DNA from: Patescibacteria group bacterium
GTDB lineage: Bacteria > Patescibacteriota > Patescibacteriia > UBA2591 > JAQUPP01
Direction: 5' to 3'
Length of the DNA: 64,000 nucleotides
Assembly: GCA_028716665.1 (NCBI GenBank)
Contig: JAQUPP010000001.1
Coordinates: 477,046 to 541,045 of the forward strand
Shown here: positions 18,638 through 30,100 of the stretch, in pieces
Layout: every line of letters begins with the position of its first letter
Position numbering within the stretch: position 1 is the first letter of the stretch
Made by a program: the position numbers and the translations under genes
Notes under the pieces: model-generated
The model's input: the letters and a program-made list of their open reading frames with translations, nothing else
Told to the model about the DNA's origin: nothing
Database searches by the model: none

Positions 18638-20239
18638 ATGGCTCAAGAAATCATTTTATTTTTGACGGGTTTAATGTTTGTGTTATTTGGTATGATCCGA
18701 TTAAGTTATCGGATGCAAATGGTTTTTAATTCCAGAATTCGCCAATACATTAAATATCTGTCTCAAAAACCGATTTACGGAGTGGGGCTCGGCGCCATCT
18801 CTACGGCGATTTTTCAATGCAGCGCGACTATTATTTTTATTACCATCGGTTTGGTCAGCGCCGGAGTGATTAATGTCGGAAATTCATTGGGCATAATTTT
18901 AGGCGCCAATATCGGCACGGTCCTTACCGCACAATTAGTTGCTTTTAAAATTATGAATATCGCGCCGATTTTTTTGATTATCGGTATGATACTTTGGCTT
19001 GCCGCGTCTGCGGAAAAATTAAAAAATATCGGTAAAGTGTTTTTTTATTTCGGACTTATATTTTTCGGATTAGGTTTGATTAATAATGCAATTATTCCTT
19101 TAAAAGGAAACCAAGATTTTTTGAATTTTTTTCAAAGCATAAAAAATCCTATTTTAGGCATATTAATCGGATTCGCAGCGACAGTTTTGGTTCAATCAAG
19201 TTCTATTATTACCAGTATTCTTGTTCTTTTGGGACAGCAATCTTTAATAACTCTTGAAGTCGGTTTACCTTTAATTTTGGGCGCCAATATCGGCGCGACA
19301 ATAATTCCATTTTTATTCAGTTTGGGTGGAGGAATAAATGCCAGAAGAACAGGCATCGCCAATATATTTTTCAAATCCATAACCGTTATTATTCTTTTTC
19401 CGTTTCTTGGTTATTACATCAATTTTATAAAACATTCAACTCCCAGTATTGCTCAGCAAATCGTGAACAGCCATTTCTTTTTTAGTATTTTAGTAGCTTG
19501 CTTGTTTATTTTTTTAATAAAACCATTTGCCAAATTATTGGAAAAAATAATTCCCGGCCAAGAAAAAATATTGCCGCTTTGGTCGGAATTTTTAGACAAT
19601 CGATATTTAAAAGAACCATCATTGGCGTTAGGAGCGATTCAAAAAGAATTAAAAAGAGGAGTGCAGTTAACCGAAGAAATGTTTAAAAAAGCTTTTGAAA
19701 TAATTTCTACTTTTAGCGACAGGGGATATAGAAGTTTAAATTATTTGGAATTGGTCATTGATAATCTTCAAAAAGAAGTAATGAATTTTATAGACAGAAT
19801 ACCCAAGAATAAATTAACTCCGAAAAATGCCGCTCAACTGATTCAATGTTCAAGTATGGTTGACGACATAGAAAGAGTCGGCGATCACATTATAAATTTG
19901 GTTGAACTGGCAAAATATCGCGTTCAATGTAATGTAAAATTTTCCAAAGCGGCCAAGCAAGAAATAGAAGATATAAAAATAGTTTTGAATAAAATTATTA
20001 AAGATTTGATTATTTTAATTGAAATGCCCGATCAAGAGTTGGCGGAGAAAATTTTAAAAGGTAATGAAGAAATAAGAGAAATGATAATTACGGCAAAAGA
20101 AAAACATTTGGAGAGATTCTATCAACGGGAGTGCAATGCGGCGGACGGGCCTATTTTCAATGATATTCTGGTTAATCTGGGAGGGGTGTCCACTCATTGC
20201 GCCAATATGGCGAAATATTATCAAAAACATCAGGGATAA
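18638..20239 (+). CDS. Na/Pi cotransporter (NptA/YjbB family) with PhoU-like C-terminus
   Basis: 'Q(C/S)S(A/S)' and 'GANIGT/GANIGA' repeats; 'DIERVGDH' PhoU motif. Confidence 0.9.
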   Translation: MAQEIILFLTGLMFVLFGMIRLSYRMQMVFNSRIRQYIKYLSQKPIYGVGLGAISTAIFQCSATIIFITIGLVSAGVINVGNSLGIILGANIGTVLTAQLVAFKIMNIAPIFLIIGMILWLAASAEKLKNIGKVFFYFGLIFFGLGLINNAIIPLKGNQDFLNFFQSIKNPILGILIGFAATVLVQSSSIITSILVLLGQQSLITLEVGLPLILGANIGATIIPFLFSLGGGINARRTGIANIFFKSITVIILFPFLGYYINFIKHSTPSIAQQIVNSHFFFSILVACLFIFLIKPFAKLLEKIIPGQEKILPLWSEFLDNRYLKEPSLALGAIQKELKRGVQLTEEMFKKAFEIISTFSDRGYRSLNYLELVIDNLQKEVMNFIDRIPKNKLTPKNAAQLIQCSSMVDDIERVGDHIINLVELAKYRVQCNVKFSKAAKQEIEDIKIVLNKIIKDLIILIEMPDQELAEKILKGNEEIREMIITAKEKHLERFYQRECNAADGPIFNDILVNLGGVSTHCANMAKYYQKHQG

Positions 20240-20242
20240 AAA

Positions 20243-20353
20243 TGCAAAATGTAAATATCAAAAATCAAAATGACAATTCAAAATGTTAAAATTATTTCTT
20301 TCTATTTTTAATTTTACATTGTCATTTTACATTTTGATTTTTAAATTTTAAAT
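20243..20353. repeat. AT-rich degenerate heptamer array arranged as an imperfect inverted repeat
   Basis: CAAAATG/AAAAATC units mirrored by CATTTTA/CATTTTG units; AAAATGACAAT pairs with ATTGTCATTTT. Confidence 0.55.
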
Positions 20354-20432
20354 TATTCCCGTTTTATAAAATAACTCATCTTATCTATCAATGTCTTGAC
20401 CATATTTAAGCCAAATGTTATAATAATAATAT

Positions 20433-20651
20433 ATGAGTATTGAACTTAAAAGAAAACCAAATGAATCCTTAAATATCTTTTTAAGAAGATTCAGCGAACG
20501 TATTAAAAGAAGCGGCGTACTTGACCTTGCCAAAAAGGGTCAATTTTATGTTAAACCGCAAAGTAAGCTTCTTCGCAGAGCAAGCGCTTTGTGCAGGAAA
20601 ACGTCTCGCGAGAAAATGGAATATTTAAGAAAACTTGGTAAAATTAAATAA
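20433..20651 (+). CDS. rpsU: 30S ribosomal protein S21
   Basis: 'RKPNESL..FLRRF..RIKRSG...FYVKP'; adjacent to yqeY. Confidence 0.85.
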   Translation: MSIELKRKPNESLNIFLRRFSERIKRSGVLDLAKKGQFYVKPQSKLLRRASALCRKTSREKMEYLRKLGKIK

Positions 20652-20709
20652 AGAGTTTTGTCAAAACTTTCTCGGTTTCTAAATTTAATTTATTAATTAA
20701 TTTTTTAGT

Positions 20710-21165
20710 ATGCTGTTAGAAAGAATTGAAAAAGATTTTAAACAAGCCTTGCGTGAAGGAGAGGGAGACACGAAGGCTGTTTTGCGTATGTTAAAATCAG
20801 CTTTGGCGTATAAGGCCATTGAGTTGAGACCTAAAAAACAAGAATTGACGGACGAGGTGGCTGTTGATATTGTCGGAGGAGAAATTAAAAAACGCAGAGA
20901 AGCGATAGAATTATACGAAAAAGGTAATCGGCCGGAATTAGCCGCCAAAGAAAAAAAAGAATTGGAAATACTTTTCAAATATATGCCTGAACAATTATCT
21001 GGTGATCAAGTGAAAGAAATGGTTTTAAATGTTATTAAAGAAATTAATGCCGCCGGTCCTTCGGATTTCGGCAAGGTGATGGGTTCAGTGTCTAAACAAA
21101 CCAAGGGAAAAGCGGACGGCAATCAAGTCAGCCAAATAGTCAAAGAACAATTAAACAATATCTAA
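20710..21165 (+). CDS. yqeY: GatB/YqeY domain protein
   Basis: 'LRMLKSAL...KKRREAIELY..GNR.ELA.KE..E...Y.P.QL...GKVMG...GKADG'. Confidence 0.92.
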   Translation: MLLERIEKDFKQALREGEGDTKAVLRMLKSALAYKAIELRPKKQELTDEVAVDIVGGEIKKRREAIELYEKGNRPELAAKEKKELEILFKYMPEQLSGDQVKEMVLNVIKEINAAGPSDFGKVMGSVSKQTKGKADGNQVSQIVKEQLNNI

Positions 21166-21188
21166 AATTTAAACCTAAAATTTTTTTT

Positions 21189-24100
21189 ATGAAAATTGAA
21201 ATAATTCGCCAAACAGCGAACAAAAAACAATTGAAAAAAAATATATTTTTAGGTTTTTTATGTTTATTGATGGTGTCCGGATTTTTATTTTTTATTTTAA
21301 GTCCGGTCATGACAAAAGCGCAAGAAATGAATAATGGTTTGGAAAATTTCCGCAGTGCGGCAAATTATGCCAATACTGATTTGCCGACGGCGATGGGAAG
21401 AATAATGAAAATTGTTTTGGGTGTACTCGGATTGGCGGCAACAGTTATTGTCATTATGGGTGGTTTTAAATGGATGACTTCGGGCGGAGATGAAAATAAA
21501 ATTTCTGAAGCCAAGAAATTAATGATGGCCGGCATTGTCGGCATTTTAATTATTGTTTTAGCTTACGCTATTTCCAGTTTTATTATCGGCAAACTTATGA
21601 GCGTAACTCCTCCTCCACCTCCTTGTGTGGGAAGTTCTTGTCTTAATAATCCATATAACCCTCTACCGGTAGATGTTTTTAAAGTTAAAAGAATTGAGAG
21701 CACCCACGGCAGTTCTTTGAAGGCAGGCTCTTTGCAGACAGATTATCATCAAGATGTTTATTTATGTTCGGCTGTCCAACCGATGTTTAATAATTGGATT
21801 AATGCGGAGGCAATTAAAGATTTGGCTCAGAATGATTTAAGAGTTGAAACAACAACAGGAGGCAATAAAATAAATGGCGAATGGCAAACCAGGGATGGCA
21901 TTATTATATTCAAGCATCAGGATTTATTTAACGAAAATACCGAATATACAACTTATTTGCCCAAAGCGATTCTGAATACAAGCAGTAAAACCTTGCAAGA
22001 TTGTTTGGCTAGCGGAACGGCTAACGGAAAATGTATAGAGAATGGAAGCTATTTTATTTGGAACTTTACAACCGGTACCACCACGGACAAAGTTGCTCCG
22101 ACCATTACTTCCGTTTATCCGATTTTAGACCAAACAAATAAACATTATCCGGATCAAAATGTCTCCCTTAAGCCGGCGATTGAAGTGAATTTTTCGGAAG
22201 CGATTGACGCCACTACAGTTATAGAAGAAGATAGTGTTAATCCGATTTCAGATAATATTTGGCTGGCTGAAATAGACAAACAAGGTGGCATAATTAAAGA
22301 AACTTTACTCCCCGAAGAATTTACAGTAAATATGAGTGATAATGGATTTAGATTAAATTTAAGCGATGCAAATTTATTAAAACCGTTTACATGGTATAGA
22401 ATTCATGTCAGCGATATTAAAGACCTTTGTTCAAATAAAATGGCCGCGGCAATGGAATGGGAGTTCCAAACCAATGATCGGGCACCCGGAATATCATCTG
22501 TCTATCCGGAAGGTAATAAAGTTTGTCTTGATTCTAATATTAGTATTGTCTTCAATACTCAAATGTATGACAATAATATAGACATAGAAATTAGTGATGG
22601 TGTCGATACTTTTACTACGAATATGACGCCAAGCGTTATCGGGGTGCCATATCAAAAAGTGATTACAGGCGGAATTTTTAAAGTGGACAATCCTAAAGAT
22701 CCGATTGATAACGGATTTAGGATTTTTACTTTTGAGCCGACTAATAATTTAAAAAGCAATACGAAGTATACGATAAAAATTAATACTGATTTGGTAATTG
22801 ACCAAAAAGGCGCTCTTTTAGCTCGCGAATGGAATTTTACGACCGCTACGCCGGAAACTTGTTTGTGTTCTCCTTGGATTTCTTCTTTGAATCCCGAACA
22901 AGGTTCAAATGGCCAATGTTTGACTATTAGCGGCGCCTGTTTTACTGGTACTGATTTACAATCTGCTGATCCGAAAATTGAATTTATCTTAAATAGTGTT
23001 TCTAAACCGGCAACAATTGGCGGAAAAGATAAAAATTATATTACTACCGTTGTCCCCTCAGATTATATAAAAAGCGATCAACCCCAAGTTCAAGTGACAA
23101 TTAAATATAGAACTGGAGGAGAAGAATTAGTTAGCAATCCATCCGAATTTACTGTTGATAGCGATGAAACAGCTACCGGTCCTTGTCTTTGGTCAATTAA
23201 TCCTTCCAGCGGTTATCCAAGTGAAACTTCAGTTAATTTAAGCGGTTTGCGTTTTGGCCCTGCTTCAGGTCAAACCACGCAACAAGTTAAATTTTATAAT
23301 AATCAATCAGCTTCTTTTAAAACTTGGTCAGATAACCTGATAGAAAAAACTTTGGTTCCAACGGATGCTGTGACCGGTAATGTCGCGATTATTAATGATG
23401 CAGGTACCAGTAATGGAATACCCTTTACAGTTTTACCGCATGTCGGATCGGCAGGATCTTTATGTCGAGCCAGCGAGTGTCCTTCTAATCCATTGAATAC
23501 TTGTACGGCTCCATATCAATGTAAAAATGAAAGTACTGACACTTGCCGCTGTTGTTGTGATCCAAAAAATGATTTATGCGCTTCACCACTTCATTGTTTA
23601 GCTGATCAAGGTAGTTGTAACAGCACTAGCGCAATCAATCCACGTGGTCTTTGTTGCGGTTGTACGGGAGATGATCAATGCGGCGCCGGCGCCGGTTGCG
23701 GGATGCTTGACTCAAATCGTTGCTGCTATAATCAGCCAACTGTTAAGATTTCTGCCTGCTCTAATCCTCAAAATCCTTCAAAAAAGATTGGCAACAATAC
23801 GGCTATTTCCATAATTTTCAGTGATCTAATGAATTATGGAAGTTTAAAAGAAGAAAATATTAAAATTTTTGAAGAAACAGCGGGAATTTGCAAACTTGAT
23901 AAAATTTGCGAACAAGAAACAAGTTGTAATTGTCAAGTTAAGAATGCGACAGTATGCACAGTCAATAAAAATAATAAAGAGTGTAATTATGAGCATATTC
24001 CTGTTCAGGGAAGAATTATTAATTCAGATGTTCAGAGAGAAGAAATATGTAAATTGGCTACTTTGAATTGTGATAAAGACAAAGGATGTGACTGCAAAAA

Positions 24101-27100
24101 TGGTAATAAAATAGTTTGCACGGTAAAAAAAGATAAAGATTCTTGTGCTTATTATGTTTCTGATCATACTGAAACTGTTTTTTATCCATCAGAGTGTAGG
24201 CTGGAAGAAGAGACTCTTTATAAAGTGACAATCAGAGGGGGGATTAACGGAAAAGGAATAATAAGCAAATCAGGTGTTTCCATAAAGGACAAGGAATTTA
24301 CGTTTACTACCGGAAATAAATATAATTTTTGCGACGTGGATCAAATTAAGGTTTCACCAGTTTCAACTATAATTAAGAGTTTTAAAGAAATAAAAAAATT
24401 TACTGCTCAGGCCAAAGATACAGAAAATAATTCAATTTGTGTTCCTGGATTTATTTGGGGTTTTCCCGATGATATAAATGTGGCAAATTATATAGAATCA
24501 TGCAGTCCTGCTAATTGTGATTGTATTAATTCTCAAGGACCCAGTTGCGCTAGAAATCTAAAAAAGGTTTTAATGAATCCTGCTATTGAAGCAAACGTTC
24601 AGGCGCAAGCTGAAGGAGCAACCGGAGTTTCTGCGTTTACTGCCGGAAAAAATGGCTTGGCAAATCTTGAAGTTGATTTAATTTCACCGGTGATTACGAG
24701 TATTAGTCCGGAGGAAGGCACTAATAATCCAATTATTCCAACTTATGTGACAATTACCGGAATAAATTTTGGTTCAAGTCAAGGCGAAAGTAAAATAATG
24801 TTTGGTAATGTGACTGCGGATATTGCTTGTCAGAATTGGTCTGACAAGAGTATTGTCGCCATTGTGCCGCCAAGTTTAGATAAAGGGTTAAATCAAGTGA
24901 CAATTTTTCAATCAGATCAGGGAGCGAGTAATCAGGTGGGTTTTAAGGTGCAAGATTCTTTTCATCCGGCGATTTGCAAGCTTCAACCGAATTTCGGTAA
25001 AACGGGCGACATTGTTTCTATAAATGGAAAAAATTTTGGAGATACGATGGCTAATAACGGTAAAATTATTATTGGAGATCCTTTAAATGGGGGAGTAGAA
25101 TTAGTGAAAACGGTAAATAATAAATCTAATCCTAATATTTTATCTTGGTCTAATCAGGAAATAAAAATAAAAATGCCTGAAGTTGCTCAAAATGAAGCTG
25201 AGGTGACTGTCTCGGTTCCTTCGCCGATTGAAGCCGGTAATCCTTTAAAAATTAGCAATCCCGTAACATTTCACAAAGCCCCGATAATTACGAGTATTAC
25301 GCCCGGTGATGGTCCGAAAAAAACATGGATAACAATTCATGGTTATAATTTCGGCTCTGTGAAGGGTGTAGTTTCTTTTAAATATAATAATACTAATTAT
25401 TCAGCTGCTGATTTACCAACTTACTGCGGATCGTCTTGGAGCGATACGCAAATTATAGTTGAAGCGCCGCAAATTTTGCCGGACGTGGCGACTGATCAAG
25501 ATTCTTATAATCTTCAAATTGAGGTTGATACCGATTATGGAATAGCCAGTCAGTCGGTTAAATGGACACTTAATAAAAAATTATTGGGTCCGGCGCTTTG
25601 CTCGATTAATCCGTCCAATGGCTGGCCGGGATTTAGTCCGGTTACGATTCAGGGTGAAAGATTTAATTTAGCCAGTGGCGAATCCGCCCGAAGTCTTGTC
25701 TTTAATAAAGACAAGGAAGCGGCAATTTTAACTTGGTCAACTGATGGCGCGATAAACAATATCGCTGTTCCGCAAGACGCAACCAGCGGCAATGTAGTGG
25801 TCACAAAAACAATTCAGACCAACAGCCGTCAAAAATGTATCGGTATTTCTTTTGGCGGAAAGTGTTTTGGTAAAAAGCAAACGGTTTGGGATGAAATTAA
25901 AATGACCAGTAATCCTCTTCATTTTAATATTGTTCCTTTGGGTGGTTGCGGTATTTTCGGCACTTTGGATACTCGAGACAGGGATCCGATTTTAGTTGGC
26001 GAAAAAGAGAATGAATATCCGCCTGTTAATCCTTTTGACAGCCAAAGTGTAGGAACGCTCGCTACTGACGGAAAATATCTTTACACAAAAAGTTGGTCAG
26101 GTTATGATCAATGGCCAAATGGAGTTTACGGATGTACTAATGGCAGCGGCTGTGAAGATAATATGATTAGTAAAATCGGTACCGGTTATCAAGGAACTGT
26201 GTCCGGTAAAATTTATAAAAAAGATTTGGCAACAGTCAATCACAGTCTTACAATGACTTATTTTCCTGATGATTGGCTTTATAACGGTTATACTAATAAT
26301 GGACATAATTTAGAAAGAGTGAATGTGATCACTGGTGCGGTTGATTATGTTGAGATTCCATCGTCAACGCCTTTAATGAATCGGGAAACCGGACGAGATT
26401 TAACTGAATTATATGAAGATCTTTTAATCACTTCTGACGGGAAATATGTTTATAATTTAGCTCATGGTATTAATGGCTCTTATTATAATGGTTTTAGAGT
26501 TAAAATTTTTGACCCGAATAAAAATTGGCAATTAGTGAAAGAATGGACTTCAATTGGTTCGGGCAGTTATATTCCATCTTTTTATACTGACGGTATTATT
26601 GCTGACGGAGACTATATTTATGCGATTCAATGGGGCACCGCAGGAGGCGGAGGTTATCTGATTAGAAAGATGGAGGCTCTAACCGGTAAAGTAATTGCCG
26701 AGTGGACGAGTGAACAAAAACAACTTAATAATCCGCAAGGTAAAAATACGGATATTATTTCCGGACAATATGATTGGGTTAATAATAAAGTTTGGTTGGG
26801 CGACTTGGTTGACCGTAGGAATGCCGATAATAAGTGCGACCAATGTTCGGGCTATTGTCATTGCACTCCGGCTTATATTTATCGTTATGCTTGCCAGGGA
26901 GCAGGTCAGTTGGGCTTACCTCAAGTAATTGGAGATGCCAATTGCGAAACTAATCTTCCGAGTCCTTCACCGGCTGCGGATCTATCCGCTGTTTGCTCTA
27001 ATGCCGTTATCAGTGCGCGTTTTAATCAAAAAGTGAGCGGTTTGACTCCTTTAAATATTCTAGTTCAAAAATGCAATAATGGTTCAGATAATTTTAACTC

Positions 27101-30100
27101 TCAAAATTGTACTGCCGACGTGGCAGGTAGTATTTCTTTAGACAGTTTTAATAGTCAAGGTTTTATTTTTACGCCAACTAATAATTTAGACGCGAATTAT
27201 TGGTATCAGATTACGTTAAAAAGCGGTTCCACCGGAATTAAAAATCTTAATAATTATTCTTTGGATGGCAATAAAAATAATATTCAAGACGGCGAGGATA
27301 ATTATTTTTGGCATTTTAAAACAGGATCAAATCTTTGTTCGCCCGAGAAAGTTAAAATATCTGAAACAGTACTAGTCGGTGAAAAAGCGGGAATAATTAT
27401 TAAACCAGGAACTAGAAATTATTTTGCTCAAGCTTTTGGTCCAAATTGTCAAATTCTAAAATCCGCCAGTTTTTCATGGACTTGGACCTCGACAAAATCT
27501 GAATTTGCCACAGTCGGCAGTTCGGTTAACAATCAGACAACTGCGACAGGAGTTGATTTGGGAGAAACAGATATAACCGTAACAACAACTCAGCCGGATC
27601 CTTCTGATGCCACTAAAGAAATTAAATTATCAAATAAGACCCATTTGATTGTTGCTACTAGGCCAACAGCAATAAATTATCCAGCGGTTGGCAGTACTAA
27701 TATTTGTCTTAATACTTCAATCTCCGCTACTTTTGACCAATTAATGGATGGATCCACGCTTAATTCAAAGACAATTAAATTTTATAAAGTAGTTCCCGAT
27801 TTGGATGAAGAAGAAGAAGGATCTCCGCTTTCATTTAACCAAAATATTAATAAAAATATTTTGGTTAGATTTTTTAATAATTTAAAAAATGTTTTTCTAA
27901 AGAAAACTGAAGCGGCGGAAAAAATTAATATTTCCGTGGTTGATGATGCAAAACAAACTAAAGTTTATTTAAACATTGATTTATTAGATGAAAAGAGTAC
28001 TTATAAAATAGAAATTCTTGGGGGAGAGAATGGCGTAAAAAGTAAATATGGCATTGGGATGACAGCAGATAAATCTTGGACGTTTATCACCGGCAAGGAA
28101 ATTTGTAAATTGAGTGAGGTAAAAACATCCATAACCGGCAATTCTGAAAAATGTACGGTTGGCGCGGATAAAAAATCGGCAGAATGTTCCAAGGAAAATT
28201 CAACAGTTAATTTTAAAGCTATTGCCAAAAATAATAGAGGAGAAGAAATTCAAAGCGTGACCGGTTATCAGTTGGCTTGGTCATGGAAATCTTCTGATAC
28301 AAATGTGGCGACTATTTCTAACACAGTTAATAATGCTGTTGCTACGGTGAAAAATAAAAATGGTTCAGCCCAAATTACGGCCACGGCTGAAATAACGGGG
28401 GGGAAAGAAAAAATTTCCAATAGTGCGTCAATTAAAGTTTTCCTTTGTGAAGTTCCATGGATTTTTGAAGATAAACTCGGTCAAGCGGAGACGAAAGAGC
28501 CTTATACTAATTTCAGATTGCAATATTGCCAGGGAGATTTAAAGAAAAATTTGGTTTCTAATGGAAGTTTTGAAATAGATAAAACCAAAGATGGCATTCC
28601 CGATAATTGGTTAAATCATGGTAAAGAATATAGTACTGATGGTAAAAATAGTTATTCCGGTAAAGCGGCTATCAAGCCGGGTTATTCATGGTGCCAACCC
28701 AGTGATTCATCTGTTATGCAATATGACATTACTATAAAACCAAATACTTTTTATACGTTTTCAGCTTATGTTAAGGGTGAAAATATATATGCGCCGCGCA
28801 TAGATATAAGATTTTATCATGATATTTCCGAAGATCCTCATCAATTTTCCAATAATTGCGCTTGGTATAATGGTGGAGTAGATAAGGCTGATATAAATTG
28901 CAGTTTTTCCGGTGTTTTGGATAAAGATAGTTACAAACGAATTTATTTTACTTTTAATTCCGGATCGAATGATAAAATTCAATATATATCCCTCCAAGGC
29001 GTGGGAGGCGTTTGCAACCCGGCCCAAGCTTGTAATTGTGGAAATTCTTCAGGAAAACCTTGTGATGCCAGTGCGTGTCCGCGCGTAGTTTGGTTCGATA
29101 ATCTCCAATTGGAAGAAGGTAAACAACCAAGTGAATATCAGGATTTTCCATCCTTACCGTATCTTGTCGCAACCGAGACTACGAAATCAAGCGTAGTTAA
29201 AGAATTTATTTTTACCAATAGTGTTAATAATGACGTGATTGGTCTCAAGGTTTTAAAAAATCCTGATTATCTCACTCCTTTTGAATGGTATAAGAAAAAT
29301 GTACCCAATCCCGGTTCACCGACTTCATTAATTGTTAATGGTTATCAGGCGGTTAAAGAAGGAAGAACGGTTTATGTCGGCGCGACAAATGTTGATAATA
29401 ATGAAATAATTGAAGGTCTGATTTATCTCATCTCATATTCTGATAACGCCAAGCCGGAAACAATTGATATTTTTAATAAATTAGTTGAAGATTGGCAATT
29501 TAATACAAATAAAACTGTTGATAAACAACTGATCCAACGGGATTTGTTCCGACTTTATGATTTAAGAACAATGAGCCAAAAATTGGCGGATTATAAATCA
29601 AATTATGATTATTATCCAAAACTTGAGTCGGGCAGTTTTATGAAAGGAATAACCGATTCCAAATGGCCTTCTTGGAAAAATCCTCAAGGGCAATTTATTT
29701 CCAGTATGCCGAATGATCCGATTAATCAATTCTTAAACCCGACAAGCGGTTATTGCGCCGGTTGCAATAATGCTAGCCAATGCGATGGAACATGTTATAA
29801 TCAAAGTACGAGTAAATACGAGTGTCCGGTCGGTTCGCACGTTTATCAATACATGGTTAAAGATGGAGGGGCGGATTATAGTTTGTATTTGAATTTTGAG
29901 ACAGATTCTTTGAAATGGCAGAAAAGTTGCAGCGGCATGGATCAATCCAACTGTGAAATTCATTATTTATGCGGTTGGGCGGCCAATAAATGTCAGTCAA
30001 AATTATTCGGTTATAGCTCAGATATTTACAAATGTTTTGATTCTGTCTATGGTCCGGTTATTGGGAAAACAATAATAGATTCATATGGATCTATTAGCGG

